Shown here piece after piece: positions 13,562 to 27,022 of a stretch of 64,000 bases of DNA; positions within the stretch are counted from its first letter, which is position 1; each line of letters starts with the position of its first letter. This stretch comes from Vitrella brassicaformis CCMP3155 (lineage: Eukaryota; Protista; Chromerida): positions 1 through 64,000 of the forward strand of contig CDMY01000336.1 of the NCBI GenBank assembly GCA_001179505.1, written 5' to 3'. The position numbers were made by a program, and so were the translations under genes. The notes under the pieces were generated by a model. That model was given only the letters and a program-made list of their open reading frames with translations. It was not told the DNA's origin and made no database searches.

Positions 13562-13639
13562 CGTCGCTGTCGTTGTGTGTGTGTTTTGAAAGAAGAAAGA
13601 GAGCTCGCAGATTAGCTCGCGATAGAGGGGGGGGGGGGG

Positions 13640-13939
13640 NNNNNNNNNNNNNNNNNNNNNNNNNNNNNNNNNNNNNNNNNNNNNNNNNNNNNNNNNNNNN
13701 NNNNNNNNNNNNNNNNNNNNNNNNNNNNNNNNNNNNNNNNNNNNNNNNNNNNNNNNNNNNNNNNNNNNNNNNNNNNNNNNNNNNNNNNNNNNNNNNNNNN
13801 NNNNNNNNNNNNNNNNNNNNNNNNNNNNNNNNNNNNNNNNNNNNNNNNNNNNNNNNNNNNNNNNNNNNNNNNNNNNNNNNNNNNNNNNNNNNNNNNNNNN
13901 NNNNNNNNNNNNNNNNNNNNNNNNNNNNNNNNNNNNNNN
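13640..13939. other. Assembly gap (300 N), preceded by a G run
   Basis: Run of N. Confidence 1.
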
Positions 13940-14337
13940 GGGAAGGAATGCATCCCTACGGTCTAGAGCTGGGAATAGCTCATATTTTGAGGTTCTGTTA
14001 CAGAGGGGCTGGTGGAAAAGACGAGAGCATGAGCGTTGAAGGAGAGTGGCGACTCGGCACACGACAGGGCGGTGACCCTGCCACTGCAGCCCAGACAGGC
14101 GGCACACCGGTGAGCAACCGAGAAGCGAACGCATTCACTCGAGAGAGCACAGCACACACAGAGTGTGCGTGTTGTGTGTGTGCTGCAGTCCATCAGTGAG
14201 GGTTTGGGTCGTCTGGAGGAGCGCATCGCATCGTTGCACACACACATAGATCAGGCAAGTGGCGCAGCTGCAGGCGGTGGTGGCGGCCCTCATGTGCCAG
14301 TGCTGCTATGCACTCGAGCATGACTGACTGGGCACTC

Positions 14338-15281
14338 TCACACTTGCTCCGGCAACTTCCCTGCACGCACACACACAGAGAAAGAAAGAGTGGAAGATGG
14401 TGATGACACAAGCACAGCACACGTTTCTCCCCCGTACTCACTCCACTCACCGAGATAGTCCTCATTGATGGAGCCAATGGCAAACTGACCAAGGCCACAC
14501 CACAGTCATTACACATACAAAACAAACGCACTATCAATCATGCTGCCTGGATGGTGGTCTGGCTCGGTTGTTTTGTGTGCTCACTCACCACGTTGGTTGC
14601 ATCGTTGTTGGTGCCGATGATGCGGACCCTCACCCGTGCCTCCGGCTTGATGGTCGCGTCGTCGGTCTTCTTCTCTGTCGACTGCCAACAGGGGGGCGTC
14701 GCGTTGGCCACAAACTGATAATGCATCGGCATCGACTGATTGAGGCAGGCAGGCAGACACACACCAGACACAGACACAGACGGTGTGTTGTCGATTAGTT
14801 AAAGTGTGTCCCCTTGATTTGATTCGTCCTCACGCTTTTCGAGACGAACACCTGGAGAGGTCCGCACTGACAGAAGAAACCCAGCTGCACACGGACAGAC
14901 AGAAGACGCACACACACGCAAATGCACATGTGCTGTGCGTTGTGTCCAGCCATATCACTCATCCATGTGTCAGTCACAGCGAGTGAGCGTACTTACTGAG
15001 TTGACCTCTTCCGTGACAATCCCATCGAGGACCTCGCCCTTCCTGGCCTTGAATGCGAGTGCCGTGTAGTTGACCTCCACCACCACCAGGCCCGTGCCGT
15101 CCTGCACGTGGCCTCTCCCACGCGGATCTGCGTCGATGACGGTGAGCACGATTCCCCGGTCGGCGTTGACGCTGCCCTCCAGCTCCTTCTCCACTGCCTC
15201 CTTCATCGCGGCGATGTAGTGCGGACCGATCTGCGACGGATGCAGCCGCACATTCGTCAGACGCTGCAGCAGGTAAAACAT
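14338..15281 (-). CDS. RPB7: DNA-directed RNA polymerase II subunit RPB7 (5 exons)
   Basis: MFYLL...LHPSQIG...LEGS...G.V...V.YTALAFKARKGEVLDGIVTEVN / LGFFCQCGPLQVFVSKS / ...VRVRIIG / FAIGSINEDYL / GKLPEQV*; matches the RPB7 RNP+S1 consensus. Confidence 0.93.
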
Positions 15282-15568
15282 CGCCGGACGATGAGGCTTC
15301 TCAAGTCCAGATCCAATTCATTGGCGGCCGAATCATGCCTGTCATGTCGACAAGAAGCGTTCAGAACTGTGTTTTGATTCCCTCCTCATCGCGCGAGCTT
15401 CTTGGCGAAGGCGAGCTTAAAGAGGCTCCCCAAGATAGGGCTGCAACGGCGTCCTGCCTTCGCGGGACGGCATGCTCTATCGAAGGCCGTCGCCGATCTT
15501 AGCAGTGGTCGGTCAGATCTGACGTCAGCTTCCTACTGACGACGGAACTCCGCTTTGTGGTCTGGTCA
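15282..15568. promoter_or_regulatory. Putative bidirectional promoter RPB7/AKR
   Basis: ~290 bp head-to-head gap, microsatellite-free, GCGAGCTT at 15393 and 15411. Confidence 0.55.
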
Positions 15569-18500
15569 ATGGAGAAAGGCCGACATGGAGACCATCAGCA
15601 CTGCCGGCACTCACGTCGACCATCGGTTTCGTGGCCTTTATGGTGCTGCTGTGTCATCACTGGCATCGGCTGCGACTCATCGCACAGCCACGAGAGGGCA
15701 CCAGCCATGCTCAGAAAGGCCAGGCGGCCACACCGCACGTCGGCATTCGCCCCACTCACCCCGCCCGCCTCTCGAAGAAGGCCGCGAAGACCTTTGTTTG
15801 TGCAGCAAAAGACTGCGGACACATCCCTCTCGGAGTACCCCTCATCGTTTCCTCCCCCTCCCCCCCACTGGCCCAACGCCATCACGCCTTTCCCCAAGCA
15901 GCCCGACAAACCGCGAGAGGTCGGCAGAGACCTATGGCTGGCGGAGCTGATCGGACGGCAGGACGCCGCCAATAGATGGCAGACTGTTGGTGCGGTGGAG
16001 CACCCGGACCTGGTGCTGGGGATGCGGCACAGGCGGCTGGGCGGCGGGCGGAAGAGGGACGAGAGCAAGGGGGTGGCGGTGAGCGAGGTGTGCCTGGGCA
16101 CCAGCCACATCGGGCAGGAGCACCTCATCGACAGTGGGGACGCCATTGAGCAGCTCGATGTCGCCGTCGATGAATATGGGATCAACTTCTTGGTACGGCA
16201 CACACGCACACATAGGCAGACAAACAAGACACACACGGGGATGGCATACACACAGACACACAATATACTATATGCCGTCTGTCCGTCATGTCTGTGTGCA
16301 GGACATGGGTGACAACGAGCCGGTGCCCAGCCGGCCGCAGTTCAAGGGCAAGGGGCACGAGCTCATCGGCAAGTGGATCAAGGACAAGGGTGGGGCGGCC
16401 TTCAGGGAGAGGCTGGTGCTGTCCGGCCGCATTGCCACATCGGAGACTCTCGTGAGGCAGCCACACCCACCCGCGCAAACCAGGCAGGATCGGAAGCGTC
16501 CTGGGCCGCCAATGACCAGGTAAGCAAAGCGTGCTGGGAGTGTCTCGACATGACCGACATTTTTATGTCTCTGTGTTTTCACAACTTGCCTTTTGCTGCA
16601 GGGAGAGGATTCGCGAGGCTGTTGATGGCTTCCTGGGTCGTCTGGGTACGGATTATCTGGACGTCGTGAGCCTCAGCGCCCCCGATCGCTACACGCCCAT
16701 GACAGAGGAGGGAGAGGACACATACTGCTACGGGGTGAGCAGAGCAGCCAACTAACACAACACCCATCCCGTCTCTTGGTCCTGTGTGTCGGTGTCATGT
16801 GTGTGGTGGGTGTGGTGGGTGTGTTGTGTCAGTATGAGCATGATTCTCTGTCCATGGAGGCCACACTCGATGCGTTCGAGGAGCTCGTCAAGGAGGGCAA
16901 GGTAGGTGTGTATCACCTCATCCATCATCATGGGGGTGTAATGCTCACACCCTGCCCTGCCTGACCTCACTCACCTTCTGGTTTTTGGCCAGGTGAGGCA
17001 CATAGCCGTGTCGGAGGAGACCCCATGGGGCCTCTTCAAATTCGCTTCAATGGCAGAGCAGGTCACACAGCCTCACACCAAGCCCACACGGAGTCCGCAC
17101 CCAATCAAGACGCTCCTTCGTCTTGGCCTTTGTCTTTTCGGTTCACAGCGTGGTTTGCCGTTGGTGTTTAGCCAGCACGTCTACAACATCATGAACAGGA
17201 ACCACGTGGAGTCGTCTGGCCTCGCCGAGATGGCCGGCACCCGGCAGATGAACGTGCCCCTCGTCGGCTACTCGCCACTCGCCGGCGGATTCCTCACTGC
17301 GAAATACCTGGACCCAGAACGGTCCCCAACACGCACAGAACCTATAACCATACCCTTCTCCTTCACAAATTGGTCTCTCTTTGTCTCTCTCTGTGCTGTG
17401 CGCCTGTGCGTATGTGTGTGTGTGTCAGTTGGAATCTGAAGGGCCCGACGTTTGTGCCGCAGGAGGGGACATTCCCCTCGTTTGTGGAGGAGTGGCAGGA
17501 CCTGCAGCCGGAGGACTGGGGGTTCATCTCTTACGGGCCGGAGACCGGCAAGCTCAACAGGTACAAGGGCTGGTACGAGGCCTACAGGGCGTCGGTCTTC
17601 GCCCACATGCACCTGGGCAAGCTACTCAAGACGGCACGCAGCCACGGATACGCTATGTGGCAGCTGGCACTCGCCTGGTGCTATTCACGACCATTCGTAA
17701 GCCACGCCACACACTCGACAGACACGCAGGCAGATATTCAGGCGGGTGGCGTCATGACATGCACTGTCTGAGTGTGTGTGGTGGTTGCTGTCTGCACTGC
17801 AGATGGGTTCGACTATTATCACTCCTCGGACACTGGGGCAGCTCAGGTGAATTCTGCTGTTGTCAGTCACCCCAACACTCACCACACACGTCAATTGACG
17901 TCTGTTGTCTGTCTGTCTGTCTGTGTGACGGTGCAGGGACTCTATCCGTGCCCTGAACTTCCCCATCACGCCAGAGATCGAGCAAGACGTCCATGAGGTG
18001 GGTGACACGACAACAACAACAACAACAACATCCATACAGCTCTCGCGCACGCACACGTGCCCACACGGACCACTGGGTGTTTGTCCATCCCCCCCCCCCG
18101 AATGCAGATCTTCCTCCGTTATCGGGCGCCATCTGGTGTGGGCCCCTACTACGGCACCGAGCTGGTCGACAAACCGCTGGCGCAGTCCGTCTACATCAAC
18201 TGGAAGTGAGCCACGCCACACATGCACTCACTGCACACATAGCACAGAGAGAGGGCATCCTCGGTCCTCTCTGTGTGGGTGTGGGTGTGTTTCACATGTG
18301 ACACAGGGAGACCCCGATATGGAGCGGAGGGTCCTACCACCCGAAGCTGATGGTATGTATGGTCAGGCACACGCAGCGCACACATGACCCACCACCTGTC
18401 TGTCTGTCCGTCTGTCTGTCTGTCTGTCTGTGTGCATTGATTGCATTGGTCAATGTGTCGGTGTGTCCCCTGCACTGCACTGCACTGCAGAGCCTCCCAC

Positions 18501-19833
18501 CAACGAGTGTGTCCCGCGTTCGACGAGAGAGAGCCCTCAACTTCCACGAAACATACGTATGTACGACGCGATAGGGACGGCAAAGGTCCTTCGTGGGGTG
18601 GTGGCTTGGCTGCATGGCATGTGTGCTGTCCTCTGGGCTACCTCTCTATGTGTGTCCGTCACGTGTGACCGCCCCGACCTATCTATCTATCGCTCTCAGG
18701 ACCAGGTGCTGGCGATGACGGGTCAGTACGACGACCCCACCGACGAGAACAAGGCCAACATGCGCCTGTGGCGGGAAATGCTCGAGGAAGGCAGACCAGG
18801 TACTAAGTAACAGGACAGCACACAGGTGTGCCTCCATATCTCTGGGCGCTTCGTGTCTCATTCACAGGTGAGTTCTTTGCCGTCAAGGACGCCAAGCTGT
18901 TTGGGTGGGACACAAAGACCCCCGACTACTTCAACTGGCGCAACCTCACTCGCGAGGAGCGGATCGAGCAAAACACCGACCACTTCGAAATCATCTGGAC
19001 AGGCGGACAGGTGACAGACGATGGGATGCCGAGTGCACTGCACTGCACTGCACTACTGACACACACGACGCGGCTGCGCCATCAATGAATGTGTGTGTGT
19101 GTGTGTGTGTTGTGAGTGTGCAGGTCAAGAAAGTCAACGCCACCTGGGACCGGTCGTACGTCTACACGGACGCCAACGTCCGAGACATTTACCGAGAGTG
19201 AGTCAGTGATCCAGGCACTGATTGCAATCAATGCAGGTGGACGTCCGGCAGGACGGACCCTTGGATGGATGGGTGGATGGATGGCTGCACACACGTCTCT
19301 CCGTCTGTCTGTCGGTCTGTCGGTGTGTGTCTCTTGGTTGTATTTCAGTGAGATCAACAAGTGGCAGGACTTCAGCCAATACCTCCACAAGGTAGGTAAA
19401 AATCAATCAACACACCTCCAGTCAGTCTCCCACACGGCGGACGGATGTGTCCACCGTCTGTGTGTGTGTGTCGGTCAGTTTGCGCCTCCCACCGCGGGTG
19501 CGCCCGTGTTCAACGAGCTGGACCCCGACCTCATCATCAAGAAACTCGATGAGAAATGGGGAATCGACCTCTACGACACTGAGGTCAGTGAAGTGAACAA
19601 CAATAGTGTGCTCTCTCCTCAGGACTGAAATGAATGATGCACATCTGACCATTCCTCCCTGTCTGTCTGTCTGTCTGTCTTGTGTGTGTGTGTGTGTGTA
19701 GATGTTGGAGCGTCTTCGTGAGTCCAACGGGTTGAGTGCGGAGGAGTGGGAGACGTTCGCCCACTGGGACACGACACTCAACAAGAGGCACCAAATCCTC
19801 GACGACAATGTCTTCTTCGGAGAGGAACACTAG
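15569..19833 (+). CDS. Tas-like aldo/keto reductase family protein with N-terminal targeting-like extension and C-terminal extension; catalytic residues substituted
   Basis: VSEVCLGT, GINFL-DMGDNEPVP, RLGTDYLD, GKVRHIAVSEET, SQHVYNIMNR, YSPLAGGFLTAKY, QLALAWCYSRPF align with Tas/AKR motifs; many GT-AG introns; stop TAG at 19831-19833. Confidence 0.85.
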
Positions 19834-20331
19834 ACAGCCACATACAACACAAACATGGACAACAAAGCATCCAGAGCGACGTGTCAACAGCCACGCAGGC
19901 AGGCACTCGTGGTGGCCGGGGGTGGGATGTGCCTTGCCGATCAGATCAAGTGTGTGCGCCAGCTGCTGGGCCGACCGCCACTCACTACCGGTAGTGAGTG
20001 CGGCTCTGTGTGTGTTCTCTGGAAATGTAGACAGAAATGTGTGCACAGCCACGTGTAAGATGTACGTATACTGGTGCAATGCATGTGTGAAGGCATCGGT
20101 GGTCCGTCCACCCGTTCATCCACCAAGTGAGTACCTGCATGACACAATGGGTCACACAGAGACTCGACCCATGGATGGGACTCGACAACTCATGTGTGAA
20201 CTCTTGAATGAGCATGATCACCCATGAGTGTTGCCGGCGAAACTTCAAAAGATCTCGTTAACCATCCCGCATCCTTGCGTTCTAGCTCGCAGTCCGCCGA
20301 TCTACGTTCCAGGCCAAAATTCAGCAGCTGC

Positions 20332-22807
20332 ATGCAGATGGGGGCGAGACTGGGGGTGCCTCGTCTCGCAGTCTCTCCTCAGGCGGCTGTCATGGTACCA
20401 ACGGCGTCCCTGATCCTGTTTGCTTTTGCTGCTTCCGGCCTGCAATGCAATGCAATCCCGGCCTCCGTAGTCGGTCGGCATGTTGGCCGCCACGCCAATC
20501 TCAATGTGACAATCGCGCGTGCTGGGCCGTTTGCGAAGCAGCAGGCGGGGCTCGTCTACAAAGGATTCTACGAGGCGGCGTCAGGCAAGAGGGAGCCGTC
20601 CAACCGCCGGGAGGAGGGCTTCATGAAGCTGGCTGCTAAAGCGGCAGAGAAGGATGGAGGGGGCCTGGTGGAGGACGCCCCTAACGCCACCAAAGCTGTC
20701 TACTTTGATCAATGCCACGGTGATCTCAAAACGCACAGCGCACATGCAGACGATACATAGATCGTCCGGCCCTTCCCATGTCTCATGTATGTCTGGTCTT
20801 TGGTGATACATAGTCAACAAGTGGCTGTCGGGCAAGGCCCCCGGGTACGTGAGTGAGAGTGAGAGTGTGGAGAGGCCGGGATCACATGGTATGTACGTCT
20901 CGGTGCATCTGGTTGTCTTTGTGTGCACGCAGATGGTGTGACCCAGCTCTGAAGGAGAGCAAGGCCAAGTCTAGGCATCTGCCGGACGGAAAAACCATGG
21001 TCATCATCCGTGGCAGTAAGCTCGACCCCAAAACCATGGCCATCATCCGCGGCAGTGAGCTCGACCCCAAACTCGGCCACACCCGGCGGACCTTTTCTCC
21101 CATCGAGCACAACATGCCCATGCCCCCTGCACAACATGCTCATGCCCATGCCCATGCCCATGCCTACACTTCGCCCTGTAAAGAGCTCTACCACACCTCG
21201 GAACAAACTGTGGCCGAGTCGGGCGAGATGGTGATGGGCGAGCTGACTGCTTTCACAATCCCCACCATTGACTGGCTTGAGCAGGACGCGTTCCCCTCCC
21301 CGCTGCCCACTTGGCTGCTGGCGGACAAGATCACACGCGCCAAGTACGGACACAGCAAGTGGTACGGCTTCCCTATGGGCTCTCCGGTGAAACCGAGACA
21401 CTGCACCGGCGTCATCGGCAAAGGTGGCCTCGGCAAGTGGGGCCCCAACTTCGCCGCAGACTCCCTGGTCAGTCAGTAAGCGGAGAGAAACGGACGGGAA
21501 TGAGCGCTCAAATGAGCGCTCACTCTTGGATAGAATGGATGCAATCGTGTCGATGCAGTTGGGCCGCAAGGTACGGCACCTGAGATCTTCCTTGACTCTT
21601 CCTTTACTTGGCCTGTCACCTTGTTTCGCAAGAATCCCAACACTGAGGAGCTGGAGATTTTGCTCATCAAGCGCAAGGACAGCGGCGACTGGGCTTTCCC
21701 TGGCGGAATGGTCGACGATAAGGTGCGCCGCGTGTGGACAGACGAGAGACGGAAAGACACTCGTGTCCAGTGTGGACATGCGTGTGTGTTGGCTGACGTG
21801 GACAGGAATATCACAAGCCAGTGATCACTGCCGCCAGTGATCACTGCCGCACGGTCAAGCATACACACGCACATACACATACACGTAATGTCGCGAGACT
21901 GTCTCTTTGCGGGTCGATCAGGGAGCTGATCGAGGAAACATTGACGGGCACGGAGGGCAAGTCTATCTGCGACGACTGGAGCACCATCCAAGAGAAGCCG
22001 AGCTTCCAGGCCATGATGAAAACACTGGGCCTGGAGGTCGCCGAAGGCGACATCAAGTTCGCCTGCAAGGGCGGCGAGGACAAGTGCGACGAAGCCGACT
22101 GCGAGGTGCACATCTCGGGAGACGAGGAGTTCGGCGGTGTCGAGACATTGCAGTCGTCGGCTACACCGGTGTACGCAGGATACGGTACGTACGTCGATAG
22201 ATACGTACAGGAAAGGATACCAACGTTGGTATGTATGTACTTATTCCCTGAGTGGATCGATGGCTCACCACTTGATTGAATACTCATCTGTTCGTTCAGT
22301 TGACGACCCCCGCAACACCGACAACGCCTGGATGGAGTCGTTCGTTTTGGGATGGCTCGTCCTTGACAACCTCGCTGAAGAGCTCGACGACCTGCCCGGA
22401 GGGTCCGACTCCACCGAAGGTCGGTCGGCAACACGCCCATGCATACACACACAAGCGCACACGGCCCGTGTCTCGTTCGCACCTATGGGTGTTGATGAAT
22501 ACAGTCGCCTGGTGGCCCATCCACAAATCGATCCCCAAGGGCAGCGGGGAGAAGGCCCCGATGCTCCAGGACGGCACTCTGTTCGCCAGCCACTCGTTCT
22601 TCCTCCGCGCCGCCACCCAATTCATCCTCGAGGAGAATCTCGACTTCGCCAACGAAGACGAGATCAGAGAGGCGCTGGCGAAGGGTGAGTGAGTGGGGGG
22701 AGGGGGAGGGCGACGGGTTCGTTGTGGCCATCCGGTGTGTGTGTGTGTGTGTGTGTTTGTTGCATGCAGCCAACTCTGAGAGCATCTACAAATCTCACCT
22801 GGAGTGA
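20332..22807 (+). CDS. NUDT9-like ADP-ribose pyrophosphatase (Nudix) with signal-peptide-like N-terminus; Nudix-box exon disrupted by a 16-bp duplication
   Basis: TGVIGKGGLGKWGPNFAAD, LLIKRKDSGDWAFPGGMVD, RELIEE, YVDDPRNTDNAWME are NUDT9 signatures. Confidence 0.85.
20991..21068 (+). repeat. 39-bp in-frame tandem duplication (KTMVIIRGSKLDP / KTMAIIRGSELDP)
   Basis: Two near-identical 39-nt units. Confidence 0.9.
21819..21850 (+). repeat. Perfect 16-bp tandem duplication within the Nudix box exon
   Basis: cagtgatcactgccgc x2. Confidence 0.95.
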
Positions 22808-23435
22808 GTGAGACGCACGAGTACACACACATTCTGTCTACCTGCCTGCCTGCCTGCCTGCCTGCAGCGCCTTCGTCGACAAAGTCCACGACGTGTAGGT
22901 TGGCGACTCAGAAACAGGCGAACAAGAGGAAGGAGAGAGGGAAAGAGAGACTTTTTCGTGTAGTCAGTCAGGGGCGGGTGGGTGGAAGGAAGGTTCAGGG
23001 CAGTGCAGTGCATGCCTGAGTTGTTCTGCGATGACGGACGGTACAGTAGATGATGCCGACTGCCCGATCGATGTGAGTGGGATGGATGGATGTCCAACAA
23101 GGCCTGCCTCACTCACCGTCACACACACACACACAGCACAGGCCGCTGAGTCTCTTACGATGCGATTAATGCCTACACTCACAAGTCAGCATCAGTAGCA
23201 CCGCCGCCGGCCGCTTGACTGGGATCTCCCCCAAAAGTCGCGAGACGAGAATCGCGACGAGACGGGGGCGACGAGGGCCACTCGAACGGGAAGAGCGTTG
23301 TTCGTCGTCGTTGTCGTCGTTCGTTCACATCACGGGGTCCTTACCAGGGCAGAAAGGGTATTCTTTTGATCGAGGAGCATGCGTCAGAGGCAAACCTGAA
23401 GCAATAGCAGTGATACAGTTGAGTGCAGTCCCATC

Positions 23436-26400
23436 ATGGGTTCGGAAGCCGCCGCCGAAGCTCTCCTCGCGTCCTTTGCGGAGGGAGCTCGCTTGGAGAT
23501 GAAGCGGCTGGTCAAGCGGGTAAGGACCACCGGCAAAGAACAGCACCAACACACACAAATCAACGCTGAGGCTCTGTCTATCCACACACCTGCTGTTGGT
23601 TGCGTGTTGTGGCACGGGCAGGAGCCGCAGTCTGACGATGACGACCTGGATGGCTCCGAGAGGAGCGAAGATGAGGGTCAGGATGGCGTCGGTGCAGCTG
23701 CTGCTGCCGCTGCCGCTGCTGCCGGTTCCGAGCAGTTGCAGCCGAAGAAGCGCGGCCGCCCGAAGGGCAGCCTCGACAAGCAGCCTCGCCGCGCCGCCAA
23801 GAAGCCTTCAGTGCAGACCAGGCTGGCCTCGCTGCCTGACGAACAAGTGGACAAGGCCATCGCTGACCTCATGCGGCCCGACATAGAGGGACTGGTCAGC
23901 CAGACAGACAGCGGAAGGCAGCGATTGCTCACGGGGTCCCTCCTGTGCTGTGCTGTCTGTATGTGTGTTGTGTTGTCTGCGTGTCAGATTCCGGCGTACC
24001 AGCCTGGCGCTACCTTGCCGTTCGGGCGTCCAAGCATCGCTGTGCTTAAGTTCATCGCAACCAAGATGTTGGAAGGTGAGTGCCCTGCCTGTCCTGACTG
24101 ACATGGATGGATGGATGGATGGATGGCTGGATGGCTGGATGGCTGGATGGCTGGATGGCTGGATGGCTGGGCGGATGGATGCAGGTGGCGGTCAGTTGCA
24201 TTGGACCATCAAGAACGAGACCATATGCAAACTCGCAGCAGAAAGGCAAGCAGGCAGCAAGCTCCGCACCACACCACACCGTATAGCTACCTCCTTTCCT
24301 TACTCTGTCATGTGCAGGGGTTTGTGGGAGGCGGCCTATCGTCTTAGCGAGGAGCATCTGGGCACCCGGCCGCCCGGTCTGCTTCTTGAGGTCGCCTGCG
24401 CCCACTACCAGCGGCACCGCAACCCCAGCAAGAGGGCCCGCAATGAGGAGGCCAAGGCAGTCGAGGAGGAGAAGCAGGGAAAGAGGGATACCGAGGTCAT
24501 CCGCATCGTCAGGAAGGAGCTGTGCCGCAGCGAAGATGCGCCTGCTGTGTTCCCGCTCTACCTCTGCCAGATCGGCACCGTCCCCAACGCATCGCTCAAG
24601 TGGTACGTACGCTCACATGCATCTCATTGTCAAGACGAGAGAGAGATGGTGTCTTACCTGCCAGTCATCCAGACCAGACGTGTGTTGTGTTGTGTTGTGT
24701 TGTGTTGTGGCCGTGTTCGTATCGTCAGGCTGAATGTGTATGAGCTGCCGCGTGCCCTGGTCAGGGAATACGAGGCCTCCCTGCCGGCTGCCGACACAAG
24801 CCGCATCAAGAAGGAGGAGGCCCTCGCCGCACTCTCGCTCGCCCCGCAGGACCCGCCCGAACCCATGGTCTCCGAGAACCCCTCTTCGTCTGTTGCGGCG
24901 TCCTCCCTCCCCCCTGGCCACCCTCACTACGCCAGCAAGGTGGCCTTCCGCCGCAAGCAGGCCAAGCAGCTCATGCTGGAGATCGGCAAACGCGAGGAGG
25001 CCATCCTCAATGCCACCAAGGACAAGTCCAGTGCTGCAGCAGCAGCAGCCCCCATCCCCGCCCGCGCCGTCCGTGAGCTGGCGGCCCTATCGGTCCAGCT
25101 GGTCGAGAAGTTCCCGGATGTGCTGCTCCCCGACGAGCGTACGCAGCTGGAGGAGTTCGCAGCGGCGGTGCAGCAGATGGGCAGCGACGCCATGGCGGCT
25201 GGCCTGTGTGAGGGCACCTCATCCAGCCATCCCCCATTGCCGCGTCTGGCTTGCTCTGCAGGGGACGACAGCAGCAGTAGCCCTGTTGCCGGCAGCAGCC
25301 ACACGGGGGCGCAGGGCGAGGGCTCGCGGATTGAGGCTTCGGCTCGCGGGGCACCATCTGGCTTCCCTTATGAGCTGTATGAGCACTTCGTTATAGCACA
25401 GTGAGTCGAGTCGAGTCATCGAATGCACAACACGCGGCACACGAGATCCGTCCATTGAATTGATGATTGTGCGTGTGTTGCTGTTGGTGTGTGTTGTGTC
25501 GTATTGTGTTGTGGGGGGCAGCATGAAAGTGAGTACTTTGGGAGCCAAGCTGCCTCTCAATGACTACGACGCGCTGTGGCGGCTGCAGCAGGTGGCCGAG
25601 GAATGGGCGCACGACACCATACGGCACGCCAGAAAGGAGGTACGTCAGTCCATCCATCCATCCATCCGGCCGCTGTGTGTTCCTATGTGCAGGGCTTGAA
25701 TGTGGTTGACGTCCTGAGTGAGAGGCTCGCGGCCATCGAGGCCGAGAGACGCCGCACCCGTGCCAACAGTGCCCTTCCCAACCAAAGCAGGGATGACGAC
25801 CCAGGCTCGGCGGGCAGCCACCACTCCCCTCCCACACACACCCAAGAGCAAGCCACACCCCGCACCACCCCAGACACCACCACCACCACTCAGCCTCCCG
25901 ACTTCGTCACGGGTGCGTTGGCGGTGGAGTATCGGCGCCGCCAGTCGGCCAACCGGACACACTCTGGCGGGCTGACCCCAGCGACCTTCCTCTCGTCTCT
26001 ACTACAGGATGTCCAGGGCACTCAGCCACCGGCCTACCTGCTCAATCACGCCACCGACAGCGGCCGTCTGGCCCAGCTGCACTCTTGGCTGGCGAGCGGG
26101 GCGGCGGTTGACGTTGGCGCATTCACCAGACTCGTCGTGACGGCAGGGAAGGCTGTCAAGTCAGCAGCATCGGCAAGCGCTGGTGATGGTGGGGGTGGGA
26201 GGTCGGCTTTGGCGGATGTTGTCATGCGACAGTATCAGGGGTTCTACTACGGGTGGCTGGCGCCCGAGATGCACCGGATGAAGATGCCCGCACACAAACA
26301 GAAGCCGTACGCCGACCTCTTGTAAGTGAGTACCGGCCGTGTGGCGAGATGTGGCGAGATTCGTGTGCTGACGCCTCCCTCCCTCCCTCGGTGCTGTGTG

Positions 26401-27022
26401 TGTGTGTGGATATGCAGCCTGAAGACGCGTGACTGCTTGAAGGCCATGTGTGCGAACCCAAACGAGTCCCCGCAGACAGTCCACTACTACCTGCAGCAGT
26501 GAGCGGACGGACAAGACACACCGCCACACTCAGACACACTGACTGACCCATCCATCTCTTCTCTCCCCGCTCGTGCGTGCGTGTGTGTGTAATATCAGGT
26601 TGGTCTTCAAGTTCGGCGCGAAACTGGGCGAGTACCGCCTACGGCACCCTCCCACACCCACACCAGCCCCAGCAGGCGCCCCGCAGGCACCTTCCCTGTC
26701 TGTGTCCGCTGTTCCCGCCCCTCCCCAGCAGCCCACCTGCAACGGGATGCCCCTCCCCGCTGCCCAGCCAGAGCAACAGCCATCGGTGCCGGCCTTTCCG
26801 GCCCTCTTCCAGGCCCCCTACGACAACCGCTCTGGATCAGGCCTTTCGGCAGCTGCGGGACAAGAGGCTAGAGGAGGAACGGAGGAGACAGGGGGCGTCG
26901 GACATGATGCAGGAGGACAAGTGACTCACTGTGCCGCGAGAGATCCACCAGCTGCAGAAGAGGTGCCTGATGAGCCATCCGGTGGCCAGCATCAAGAGCC
27001 ACAGCAGCAGCAGCCGGTGTGA
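23436..27022 (+). CDS. Hypothetical nuclear protein with AT-hook-like motif
   Basis: KKRGRPKG at ~23745, acidic stretch, long open exons (24318-24600, 24730-25404, 25690-26322) linked by consistent-phase GT-AG introns. Confidence 0.65.

Noticed and set aside
12455-14199. Long ORFs spanning N runs (also 30719-31312 and 49197-49990)
   Set aside because: Artefacts of translating assembly gaps
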